The notes beneath the pieces are model-generated. The model did no database searches. It had not been told where the DNA came from and worked only from the letters and a program-made list of their open reading frames with translations. DNA of 64,000 bases from Pelomyxa schiedti. Taxonomy: Eukaryota > Protista > Evosea. Made by a program: the position numbers and the translations under genes. Where the stretch lies: the NCBI GenBank assembly GCA_020536535.1, contig JAHLWZ010000837.1, positions 1 through 64,000 on the forward strand, written 5' to 3'. Shown here one piece after another: positions 1-11,791 of this stretch; position 1 is the first letter of the stretch; every line of letters begins with the position of its first letter.

Positions 1-141
1 CAGAAATCCAAATCCAACTGTTCTGTTGAGAAGAAGAGTGCTGGGGGCGTTATCTGGGGATTTGCCTGCCAAAAGCAGCCCGCCCGCACTCCTCTCGAAG
101 TTCCTATTGCATACATAAGTAATAAGTTCGAGAATGGGTAA
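1..141 (+). CDS. Possible 3' end of a gene entering from the left edge
   Basis: Frame 1 is open from base 1 (QKSKSNCSVEKKSAGGVIWGFAC...NKFENG) to TAA at 139-141, followed by AT-rich sequence. No family recognised. Confidence 0.3.
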   Translation, partial: QKSKSNCSVEKKSAGGVIWGFACQKQPARTPLEVPIAYISNKFENG

Positions 142-1489
142 ATTGTACAACCTCATTGTTAAATCAATGCAAGTGGATATTCGTAAATAAAATGGTGCGG
201 TTAACACTCTATTTTCCTTTATATATATTGGAATCCACTTAGTTTTTTGAGTTAGTGTGTTGTACATTACCGTGCTGCGAGTATTGGCGGAGAAATATAA
301 TAAACTTATGGGGAAAGAAAAAAATGCAAACAGGGAAAAGATGCACGTTGTTGCCGTTGGTTTTAGTCTTACTTGTCGCCGTCGTCGTGGTTGTTTGGTT
401 GGTTGGTTGTCTTTGTTTTTTTTTTTTTTGATTTTACACCTTTTATCGAGGGGAATCCTGAGAATTTGCAATTCCGGGAGACTTAAAATATTTCGAAAGG
501 GATCTAGTGATGACGAGATCAACGCTGCGACGTGGGGGTCTGCAGTGCGGTTGTTGCTGTCGCTGTTGTGACGCACACATACAAATGCCATGCAACGGTG
601 CGAGATCGCCCGCGGTGGTTGCGTGCCTGATTACACCATTGGCTGGTTGTTGTTGTTGTACATTGTTGCGTGTAAAGATGCGCCGTAGTTTTGGGTTGAG
701 ACTGCCGTAAGCGTGATTGCAGATTGTGTGACCGCGTGCGTTGGGGAATTCTGCTGAGACTCCATTCCGACATGTGTATTGCGTATGCAATGAGCCGACG
801 GAGTTGAGTGAAGAAAATATCCAGTCTCGGGGCTGGGGCTGTGTTTGTGTGCATTTCCATTCTGTTGGAATTCTATGCTAATCTCTCTCTTGCGTATCAT
901 TCATTGATGGTCACTTGTTGCAGTTGTGTTGTTGAGTGCGCACCCCCACTGGCAATACCGACAAACCGTTGTTTTTGTTGGTTCGTTGGTTTTGATTAAT
1001 CACAGCCAAATCCCAACTTGGACGGCGACCTCAGGTCGGACCTGTCTACCCGCAAGTGTAAGTTACACTAACATACTCTTCTTAGTGAATATTGGAGGTT
1101 TTGTGCCATCTTGTCTTGACCAAACATTCAATTCCAGCAGAAAGGCCCTCGGACAAAAAATTAAGTGAGGAGGGGACATTTGAGTATTAAAGCTGCTCTA
1201 TAACTAATTACATTCCCCACAACAATTTCTGGACCCACCACAAAACAAGTGGAAGCAACCCACCCCATCATCTCAGCAGTACAACAAGAATATCTGTCAC
1301 TACCCTCAATGATGTAATCACGGAATGTTATCATCGAGGCTACAAAGATAGCCTTTCAGTGTGACAGTCAATACAATAAATATTCTTAACTAAATTGCTT
1401 GCCTGCATACCACCATGCAACTCTAAAACCATGTGCACATAAATGTAGATCAAGTGAAATCACATAATAACTCTTTGGCTGCACGATTT

Positions 1490-1735
1490 GATTATGTCCA
1501 ACCACACAAGCTGTGTTGAGTGGTTGACCCGCACATTCCACATCACTCTGGAGGAGGTAGAGATGCTCCCTTTTCTCTTTTTTTTGGACTCACAAAGCCC
1601 ACAGGTTATGAATAGTTGTATCACTGCACGCAGATGTGGAGCCGTCAGTTTGGAGAATGCTGCTGAGGGTGTTCCCGGACATAACAGCGTCCATGGCCAG
1701 GGATAGGCTGATGGACCTCGTGGGCCCCACCTGAA
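1490..1735 (+). pseudogene. Probable degenerate gene fragment
   Basis: Coding-like peptides CVEWLTRTFHITLEEV and VWRMLLRVFPDITASMARDRLMDLV lie in different frames around an intron-like GT..AG segment and run into stops. No intact gene could be assembled. Confidence 0.25.
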
Positions 1736-2281
1736 GTACTGGTTACACCTCAAGGCTTTCACGTCGGTATGTTGTCACCATACTTCTGTTCCCACAACTC
1801 ACACATACAGGGCCAGCTCCGCTTCCCCGGCTCTTCCCCGCTTCCCCACACCCAATGTTCCTTGAGAACCCACACACTGGGGGAAAAAAAAAATTCCTTT
1901 AGCCAATTTTGGATACAGCCAGCTCCAAGGGGGCTCCACTTTGTTGGTTCATTTGGAAAGGACCTTTCACTTAGCGTGCGCTGGGTAAGCTAACTTACAC
2001 TACTTTTTCTGTAACTAGCTCGGTATCATGTAGTACGTCACACACATGAGGACATACAGTACACCCCTACAAAGTCATCAAATTTTTGTTTGCATTTTTC
2101 ACCAAGATTGCATGTTCTGTTCGTGTTTATTTATTTTCCCAAGAATGATAGGTGGTTACAAGTTTAGTGGAAACACTTGTCCATGAAGAAGGGGAGGAAT
2201 TTAGTATGAAAGGGCCGTGGCTAGTCCTGTACTCCTCCGCCTCCTCAAACGACACAGCGAGCTTGCTGCCGGCAGAAATCT

Positions 2282-3649
2282 TTAAATGGAAGAGTAGTAG
2301 GAACCCGCCGGCTTCAGGGAGTAGTCATAGCGCCACAGGCCGAAATAGTCCTCATAGGTGTGTGAGGTATCATTGGTGTATGTGGCAGCATCAAAAGTCA
2401 TCCACTGTATCACGCCCATTACTGCATCGTGGCGCATAACTCCTAAGCACTGTTAGCCCAAAGCGGGAAGGTATTGTTCTCACCTTCCATCTGTTGCTTG
2501 TAGAAATCTAGTTGAGCTTGTTCATTGTAATTACTACAGTAGGGATCACTGGGCCAGCCAAATTCCTCAAGTAGAAGAGGTTTAGATTCGGAACCCAGAT
2601 ATGACTGAATGTCAGTTATTTCCTACCAAGAGGTTAGGAATTATTTTTTCCCTTTGAAAAAGAGATACCTGATCGATATTGGGCCAGTACGAATGGAAGG
2701 AAACAATGTCTTCATATGGAATAACTTGTGGTGTGTTCTCCCACCACCTCATCCCCACAGTTACTGGATGTACATAGTTATCACAAGCTTGAATCTAGAA
2801 GAAGATTTCTTAATGCCGTAGCATGGCAATTGCAGATTTAATTACTTGAGCAAGCATGCGCGAAATCCAGCTCACAATTTTGTCACGGTCCTCTGGGTCC
2901 TAAGAGAATGTAAATAGGCATCCCGCGGTTTCTAGAATACATTATTCCAGTTGTCATATCCATTTATATTATCGGGATGGTCTGGCTCGTTTTTAACATC
3001 TAAGTAGTATGAGTATTATACTGTCAGATAGGAAGTGCCAGCTTACCCCACCCAAAGACATTGGGGTTATTCCAAAAATGAGGTACAATAGCACTATTTG
3101 GTGGAAGGAATCCTCAACGATGCTCAGTTGGGGGAAAGATACTTGATGTAACTGTAATGATCTTGTTCTGTATCTGTGCCCTGGGCCGGAAACGTAGTTT
3201 CCCAATCAAACAAAGTTACAAGACTCTGTATCCCTAGGCAGCCAAGCATGTTTATCAAGCTGTACAGTATTTATTCCATTGGTTTTCTGGTTCAACATGT
3301 GAAGCCTAATTTTGGTATTGTACTTGTATAATTGGTTCACTCTCTCATCAGGAGGATTCGCTCCTCCCCATCCTCCTTGTGAATATGGTACTAGAATACG
3401 GGTACAATTTATCCCTAGGCTTTGCATCATTTTGGCTTCGTACTGTATTTCATCCCACGGCCAGCTTTCCCACTATGGTTGTGCATAATTGTTCATGAGG
3501 AAAAAACAGTACTTTATCTGACAACCACACACCATATCAGCCCACATAGCATCCCTTGGGTAGTAATTGGAACCCCTAATCTTACTGCTACCAATTGTGA
3601 TGCACGTCAACAGCACAACGAAACAAAAAAAAACCGCCCAACGCCTCAT
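2282..3649 (-). CDS. Secreted clan GH-A (GH5-like) glycoside hydrolase, multi-exon
   Basis: Signal peptide MRRWAVFFCFVVLLTCITIG, then RGSNYYPRDAMW and MQSLGINCTRILVPY. The C-terminus QWMTFD...EDYFGLWRYDYSLKPA is typical of GH5/GH-A TIM barrels. Stop TAA at 2284-2282. Confidence 0.7.
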
Positions 3650-3741
3650 CAGTTGCCAAACTGTTTCTTGTAAAACAGGCAAAAAGGGATCAATAACTCA
3701 TTCGTTTTGTGTGATAAGTCAATAGACTGGGTGTATGTAAT

Positions 3742-6700
3742 TCAAGCATCAGAGTCAGTGGCGGTCTCTTGTTCGCCAATTTCTTGGGCATTGTCATTGT
3801 CGTCAGGGGTGACCTCAACATCATCAGCACTGTGGGATGGTGAATCGTGGTTGTAATCATTCTCGTTGTAATTGGCAGTGTCATTATTGTCATCATCGGG
3901 AATTTCTATAACGCCATTGGAGCCTTCAGCCTCGGTGGTTGATTGAACTGTTCAAATGTTAGTAGAATACTATAGAAAGAGAGTGTTGTATTGCTTGCCT
4001 TCCAAAATGGCTGCCGAATCAATGTATACGGAACTGGGCGCAGGTGGGCATGCAAATACAGATACATCATCATCTTCTTCCTTCTTGTCATCTGTGGCTG
4101 CGGCTGTAGATGTTGTTGTTGTTGACTTTGGTGGCTGAGTGAAGAGCACAAGTGGGGCTGGTTCACTCGGTTGAGTCTTGTTTGGCATGGACCCTCCAAA
4201 TCCAAGTGGGCCTGAGGGCGCTTTGAAGAACAGGGATGCGAACGGTGAGGGTGCGTTTGGTGTGGTAGAAGCGAAACTGGGTAAGTCCTTGGTGGGACGT
4301 GAGGTGTTGCTAAAGTGCAATGAGGTGGACGGTGGTGCACATGGAGCTGGGGCACCAAAGGGGGCTGTGCCAAGTGGTGAAGGGGCCCCGAACAACGGTG
4401 ATGGGACACCGAGTGATGATGGGGCACCAAACACTGGAGTAGTGTCAAGGCTGGACTTCTGGAATAGTACCAAGGATGGTGACGCTTTTTTTGCAGAGTC
4501 TGAAGCTATTTTAGTGGCATTAAACTGGAGGCACTACAAATACCTATCGAGTCAAGAAGCTTTAAGGAATGTGAAGGCTGGGGAGGGGTCTTCTTCTTAG
4601 AAAATATGAGGCTGGGATCTTCCAGTGTAGAGGGAATGGGGAGAGCCGAACTATCATGATTCCCTGGTTGTAGGAATTGAAAAGGAGAAGTGTTTGGTGC
4701 TGGGGTTGAGGCTGCCAGAGGGAAGAGGAAAAGGGCCGGCTCAGCTTCAAGTGAGGTTGGAGGAGATTGAGAGGGTACTTCACTTAGAGGAGGTGTTTCC
4801 AGTGGTGTATCCGATGGTGGCTGGGATAGTGAGTTGCTTGGTACGGAAGTTTGTGAAGACATCTCTATTGGTGTAGATTGGCCTTCTAATATATCGACAG
4901 TGTTAGGCTGCAACACTGTAGTAACCGCCTGTGCACCAGGGAGAGATGCCGTTTCGGTGAAGGAGACTGGTGTGGGTGCAGGAGGCAAGGCATCGGTTAC
5001 TATTTGTTCCGTCTGAGGTTGATGCAGATCTTCTGATGTTGGAGGTGAAGGCTCTGATTTGTTGGCTTTGGGGGAAGGGACTTCATCGACTGCGCAAACT
5101 TGGGGGGCACATTTTGAATCTGTGCTTATAACTTCATTGGGTAAGGGATCTTGGATATCTTGGTGAGTTGGGGCGAAAATATCTGTGTTGGGCTTAGACT
5201 CAGTCTCAGTTGAAGTCAGTTCAGGGAAGCCCACTGTGGTGGCAAGGGATGAAGGTACGGTAACTGAGGAGTCATCTGCTTCAATGGTACTTGTTGTATT
5301 GTTTACATTACTGGCTTCGGGCTCTTGTGTGGGTGGGAAAATAGTGCCTGCCGAGATGGACTCTAGTGAAGGTGCAGATGTGGTGGATGTAGAGGTGGAT
5401 TCTGTTGTTGGTGCGGATATGGTGAATACAGAGGTAGAGATGCGTGTAGAGAAAGATTCCGGTGTGGCTTCAATGGGGATGATGGGTGCAGGAAACTGAT
5501 GTTCCGAAGAAGATGCGCATGTGGGAGAATGTAATGTTGAAAAGGAAGATAGGGGAACCACGGCTGTTTCAGAAGAAGGTGTTAGCAGTGGTGTTGCTTG
5601 TGCTGCTGCGCAAGATGTGTGTGTAGAGGTTGGTTGTGGGGGAGGAGAAAGTTCTCCCATGAAGGACGAAGTTTCTTGAGATGAGTTTGATTCAACAGAT
5701 TCCTTTGTGGTGTTGGGCAAAATGGGGGCAGGTTCTGGCATATCTATCGTTGGTACATCTTGGGCACAATCAACTGGGCGAGGCTCAGCCAATGTCGGCA
5801 AATCTTCACTTTCAACAGAGGGTACCGGATCTTGCTTGGTCATAACGTTCGAGGTAACTCCTTGGGGTGCCGCTTCACCTGTACCACATTCCATTAAGGT
5901 GGAGTGGGATCCATTACCCAAAATTGAACTTGCACCAGTGTTGGTCTCTGGTGTTTGTGATGTGGGTGGAGTCACCATTACTTTTTCTGTTGAGATACTG
6001 CAATCTGTAGGCATATCCTCAGTGGGTACTTCGAGATTGCTAGGGGTTGTTGACTTTGGTTGCTCTCCTAACAGGGGAGACTCTGTCTGTGTGTTTGACA
6101 TGCATTTCTCGTTCGAAGTCAAGGGTGCACAGGGTCCTGTTATAAACTCCTCCATTGGCATTGCTTGCTCATCATTCTGAACGGGTTCACTGCTTGTAGT
6201 GTTGTTGAGGACGGCAGCGCTATTCTGCTCAATTCGTGCAAATGCTTGTGGGGTATCCTGTTGCTGTGCTGCAGGCACACATGTATTACCTTCAGTACTT
6301 GGTGTCTCTCTCTCTGGTGAGGATGTTTCTGTTGCAGGCACTTTAAGTTCTGCTGTGCAAGTGATTTGCATCTCCAGGTCTGGTTGGGGGCTAGGGATTT
6401 CATTTGCACTTGCTCTTATCACGGAAGGAAGAGGCGGTGGTGGCATTTTCTCCCCGGAATTCTGGTGCTGGAAAAGAGGCTCCACTTTTTGTGCCTTGAA
6501 ACCAAAGCCTTTGTTTTTTGGTTTTTTTTTCTTTTTGCCCTTATTGGAGACTTTCTGTGAATTTGCAGGAATCGTGATTTTGGCGGCTGATGTGACTGGC
6601 TCCACAACAGGAGGTAATGGAGGTGATATCTTTTCTTTAACAGGGGATTTTGGGGGGCCCACAGGGAGAGCCAGTGTAGAATGCTCTGCTGTTAATGGCG

Positions 6701-8220
6701 GGGTATGTTGTGATGTACTAAGTGTTTCTTGTGAAGGTGCTACTTGTGTGGTTGATGCAGGAGCCTCTTGAATACTCTGCGTAGAAAGTTGAAGTTCCGG
6801 TTTACAAATAGGGGAAGTGTGTTGAACTGGTGATATGGTTGTTGCAGTGGAAATCCCAGGCGAAGCTGCCTTATGTCGAGTTCCTGTTTGTGGTACCTAA
6901 AAAGTAACAGTTTCCAATTAAATTAGGCATAGCTTCAGGTTAAAGTACTTCAGATAGTTTTCTTAGGCTCTCATGAAGTCGCGATGCAATCTCCTGTTGC
7001 TTTGATATAACTGGAGCGTTCGAAAGTGCCTTTCGTGCAAGTATACTTTGTAGTACTTGTTCTGCCTTGACTTGCTTTTCATAAAGATGTCAGGTTATTA
7101 AGTATTTGAGTGGATACCTGTGGTGACATGGCAACAGGAGGTTGGATGTTGAATTTGGTTCCAGGGCTGTTGAGGCTACGACCAGGAGTTGTTGGTGGGG
7201 TGATTAGTATTCCGGAAAGGAGATCAGCAGATGAAGGAGAAAAGAAAGTGGCCCGTGCTGGCGAAGTAAACTGTCTCACTTCCTTCCGTTCTGTAGGGGT
7301 GCAGACAGGAACCATGCCAGTGTCTTGCAAACTGGAGCTTTGTCCCACAATAATCTGACCAGGGGTTGCAGCAGCAGTAGGTGTGATAGGATGGCGCTCA
7401 GGTGTCGAAATATCTATTGGAGGGTGTTGGGTCTCTTCTTGGATCAACCTTCTATCACTCCTCGCCATTTCAAAATGGATACCCTCATCCCTGCTCACAT
7501 CACTAATTGCCGATGAAACACTCGAATTCAAATCAACACTCCTGTCAACACCACTGCTACTAGTCATAGTCATCGTCGTAGTAGTACTAGTAGTGTACTG
7601 TTGTTGTTGCTGCTGCTGCTGTTGCTGCTGCTGCTGGTCCAGCTTCTTCTTATCACGGTGGCGGTGTGTGTGTGGGCTGTCACGGTGGTGCACGCTCTTT
7701 TTATGGTGGCGGTGGTGGTGTTTGTGCTGTCTCCGCTCTCCTTCCCCCTGCTGCTCTTCCTGCTCCTCCCCCTGGTCCCCGGCCCCCTCCTCCTCCTCCT
7801 GCTGCTTTTCCTCTCCCCCGTTCTCGCCCTGCGCTTGCCCTGGCTCCCTGCCCGCGTTCTGCTCCTCCGAGTACGACCCGTCTTGCCCAACTCGCCTCCT
7901 CTTGGCCGCCCCTCCCCCGCCTCCGCCCTCGCCTTGGCCCTGCTCCTCGCCCCCGTCGCTGTCGCCCTCGCGTGGTGGGGGCGGCGGCTGTTGTTGCTCG
8001 CTGCGCTTTTTCCTCTTCCTGTCCGGCGTCGGTGTTTGCTGTAAGATTCCGTCCAGTTGCTGCCTGAGCACAATTTGCTCCTCGCGAAGTGCTCGTTCTT
8101 GTGCCGGATCTACCGTGGGGCCCCACACCAGTCCCAACAACGACTTCAACTGTTTCGAGTATGTTAGTCGAGGGGGGAAAAAAGTGGGGAAAAAAGTCGG
8201 TGTGTCGCATTACGCACCAT
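3742..8220 (-). CDS. Large low-complexity (Q/E/P/S/T-rich) protein with NLS-like basic clusters and a few FG motifs
   Basis: ORFs 7079-8149, 4506-6662 and 3970-4473 can be joined by GT-AG introns. ATG at 8220-8218 is followed directly by intron 8217-8150 (GTGCGT...CTAAC...CAG). The acidic tail ends at TGA 3744-3742. Confidence 0.65.
7598..7637. repeat. (CAG/CAA)n polyglutamine microsatellite
   Basis: ctg/ttg run on the + strand encoding a poly-Q tract of the minus-strand gene. Confidence 0.85.
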
Positions 8221-8323
8221 GATGGACGCGGAAGTCTCGTCTTTTTTTGTAGTAATACTTCGAGCAAGTGAAAACAAAAATTGGCTACCAGATTGGAGAT
8301 TTGATTGGTTTCCCTGGATTGCC

Positions 8324-9489
8324 TCACAGCTCAAAGTCACCATGTGGGACTTTGGTTGCGCAGCGAAAGCCTGTGTTATCTGCACTGGAGTCGATGGTGT
8401 TGGTCATTCTGGCTTTCAGAGTTACTCCGTGGTTGAAGCTGCCATCGACGGAATCAACGTAGGACCCGCCTCGAAGGACCCTCTTCTTGGGCGTTAGTGT
8501 CAGAAGTGTAGGAAATGGACAACCATACCTCGGTGGAATCTTTTCCTGGAGAGTCACACCACTCCCAAACGTTCCCCAGCATGTTATACAAACCTATTTG
8601 GGTGAGTTCCATGGGGATGTAATAGAGAGCGCACCAAACTGGTTTTGAGGATTGTAAGATACAGCAGGGGCCAATCCCGCATATCCATCTTTGATGCTAT
8701 TCTTACTAGGCCCCTCTTGGGTAGGAGGCCATTCAGAGTGCCAGACATTCATGCGGTTTTCCAAACCAGTGGTGTTGTTGCCCCACGGGTACTTGGAGTA
8801 TTTAAAGCCTCCCTTTGCAGCACATAACCACTCGCTTTCGGTTGGTAAACGCTTCCGCATCCAGTTGCAGTACGCTTGGGCATCATTAAAACTGATATGG
8901 ACTGAATCGGTTCCAGCGGTTAGGATCAAAATATAATTCACATTCATTTAGTACCTACTGGGTAATCCAGAATTGAACCAATGGTGCTGCCAGTGCCATA
9001 CGGCATTCTCCAATATGCCTTTGGTACATTCAACCACCATGGCGCATCGCGGACAGACTGCGTGACCTGCCCTGCCACTGGTTATTGCCAGCCCAAGCCA
9101 CAACAAGAGCCGTGATTTGTGCAAACCTGGGATTCGGCATCAGGGTGCAAGTTGGGCACCAGTACGAAGCTCCATCCGTATTTCTCTGCGTCCGTTTTGA
9201 ACTTGGTCTTGCGCACAAATTCTCTGTACGACAGATGGTTACGCATTAGTAACGAACGAGTTTTTGGTGCGTGGGTGTTAGAAACCGACCTGAACATGCG
9301 GTTTGTGACAGTAACGACATCGAGCAAAAAAGCGTCCTTTTGAACGGCGCCACATCCGGGTATAACTTCCATGCCTTCTACGCCCAGATCTGCGGGAGTT
9401 GGAGTTTCACGGCACGAGACCAGAACAATCAACACCGCAACCGCTACACTGACGACTCGTGGCCCAACGAACCGCCCGAACGACGTCAT
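8324..9489 (-). CDS. SUMF2: Formylglycine-generating-enzyme family protein, SUMF2/pFGE-like (lacks the catalytic Cys pair)
   Basis: Signal peptide, then FVRKTKFKTDAEKYGWSFV, VHISFNDAQAYCNWMRKRLPTESEW, YNMLGNVWEW and RVLRGGSYVDSVDGSFNH...ARMTNTIDSSADNTGFRCA. Ends in DFEL (ER-retention-like). Confidence 0.8.
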
Positions 9490-9571
9490 CGCACTTTTCC
9501 TTTTTCCGAAGGGAGAGTTTTTTGTTGCGGGTTTCGGAACTCATTTCCAAACGCAAAGCAGCAGGTGAGTG

Positions 9572-11376
9572 ATGACAAAGAAGAAGGCCAACAACGCGGC
9601 AGCGAAAAAGAAGAAGAGCACGCCCGCTTCTTCGGCTACGCCAGTTACTACCAAGCCAGATGTCTCCGTCGCGAGCGAACCCATAACCGCATCTCCGCCG
9701 GCGACAAAGACCACGGCCGAACCCACGACAACAGCAACAACTTCCACTTCTACTTCAACTACCCCAACGCCGAGTGTGAAAGACACATCGGTTGATGCCT
9801 CTACTTCATCCGAGACCACGCCCACGGCCACGGCCACGTCGGCATCTGCGTCGACCACGAGTGCTGCTGCTGTATCTAGTAGCAGCAGTGGCGGCAGCGG
9901 TAGTGTGTGCCAAGTATGCGGGAAGCCCAGCGTGCTGCGGTGCCCTCGCTGCTCGACCCTGAGGCTGCCCGACGCCCACTTCTGCGGCCAGGCCTGCTTC
10001 CGCGCCGCGTGGCCCATACACAAGCAGCTGCACGTGGAGCGGCCCGCCGAGGACGACGACGACGACGCCCACGGCCACGCGCACGCGCACGGCGGCGGCG
10101 GCGAGGAGCACCACTGCGACTGCGGGCACGAGCACGGGTTCTACGACCCCAGGTTCGCGCACTTTGAGTTCACGGGCGGGGTGAGGCCCGGGAAGGTGTC
10201 CCCAAGGCGGCTGGTCCCGAAGGAGATCCCGCGGCCGGACTATGCGGAGACGGGCCTCCCGGCGAGCGAAGTCAGGATGAGAGGGAACATGCCGGAGCGC
10301 AAGACCCCTGAGATGATTGAGGGAATGAGAGCGGCCTGCAGAGTGGCAAGAGAAGTACCGTTTTTTTTTTTCATCTTTTTTTTCATCTTTTCATCGTTTC
10401 GTTCCGTGGACTTGGTTGCTTGCTGTTGTGTAGTTGTTAACCCACAAGGTTCTAGGTTCTGGACACTGCTGCTAAAATCATAAGGCCTGGAATCACAACT
10501 GATGAAATTGATAGAGTGGTGCATGAGGCTACAATTGCTCGTGGGGCATATCCTTCCCCCCTTAACTACAGAGGCTTCCCAAAGAGTGTTTGTACCTCTG
10601 TCAATGAAATTATTTGTCATGGCATTCCTGATTCACGGGTTCTTTGCGATGGAGGTTTTCTTTTTATTCAGTCCGAAGTGACACTCAAATCCCTTAGACA
10701 TTGTTAATGTGGATGTGACATGCTACTACAAAGGCTATCATGGTGATTTGAATGAGACATATCCCGTTGGAAATATCGATGAAGACTCAAAAAGGCTCAT
10801 CAAGACAACCTATGAGTGCCTACAACTTGTAACGAACCCTACACATAAGTACTTTCTCTTTTTGCCTTACTTTGATCTAGGCCATTTCTGCATGCAAACC
10901 TGGTGTACATATCAGTGATGTTGGGGATATCATATCCAAACACGCTGATACAGAGAATTTGTCAGTTGTAAGGTCATACTGTGGTCATGGGATTGGCAAG
11001 TATGTGAAATACATCACCCAATTTCTTTTTTTCTAACTCAAATGAAGGTTGTTCCATGGTAATCCTTCTGTACCCCACTATGCACACAACAAGGCGTCCG
11101 GAGTCATGAAATCCGGTAATACCTTCACCATTGAGCCAATGATCAGTATGTACCCAAAAGCTTCCCCCTGTCGTCACTCAAGCTAAAAATAACCACACAG
11201 ACCTTGGCACCTACCATGACGTGTTATGGCCAGATGACTGGACCTCATCCACACGCGATGGGAAGCGGTCTGCACAATTTGAACACACTCTGCTAATCAC
11301 ATCATCGGGCTGTGAGGTGCTTACTGCCAGGACTGCTGATTCGTTTCCTTATTGGTTCCTTACAAACAGCTCTTGA
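9572..11376 (+). CDS. METAP1: Methionine aminopeptidase 1 with N-terminal C6H2 zinc finger, 6 exons
   Basis: CQVC...CPRC...[18 protein letters not shown]; [28 protein letters not shown]; [16 protein letters not shown]; YCGHGIG; FTIEPMIN; [11 protein letters not shown]. Stop at 11374-11376. Confidence 0.96.
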
Positions 11377-11791
11377 ACCCTGCGTTTTTGAAGAGGCAAA
11401 CAATTACCAGTTGAATCTTTTAAAACTTGTTGTTGACTGTGGTTGCAGTCATGCTTTGTTGGCCTCAACACCAAGACTTTTGAGTGCCAGAGTACCAGCA
11501 GTTTCTAAAGAGAGGTTTCGTGACATATAACACGTACATGATTGGTGGCAGGCAACAGTTACTGCTGTTCCCTGCCATCCATCCTGGCGCGTGTCATATT
11601 TCTGTTGGCTAATCTGTGGCGAGGTGACTTCGAGTTCCTGTAGCAACCCTCCTCTGTCTCACTACAAGTAATACAACAACCATCAACACCCCAGCACCCC
11701 TCACCTGTGGTCACTTTTGAAACCCAATCTCTCAGGGTCACATTCTCAGAAACTGATTTTCTTCGACAGACGACAGAACAAAAGAGGCCTA

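Noticed and set aside
257-1200. Several short overlapping ORFs
   Set aside because: No recognisable domains or consistent exon chain; left unannotated.
2150-2282. Coding-looking sequence past the GH5 stop (possible frameshift extension)
   Set aside because: The stop follows the normal family C-terminal motif (FGL..D.S.KPA), so no extension is needed.
7383-8222. Cys-rich and Leu-rich plus-strand ORFs (also 45585-45983 and 38238-38573)
   Set aside because: Antisense shadows of CAG and other low-complexity tracts in real genes on the opposite strand.
11538-11585. ATGA-N12-AA hairpin as a SECIS element
   Set aside because: The 3' GA needed for the non-Watson-Crick quartet is missing, and no in-frame UGA selenoprotein is evident nearby.
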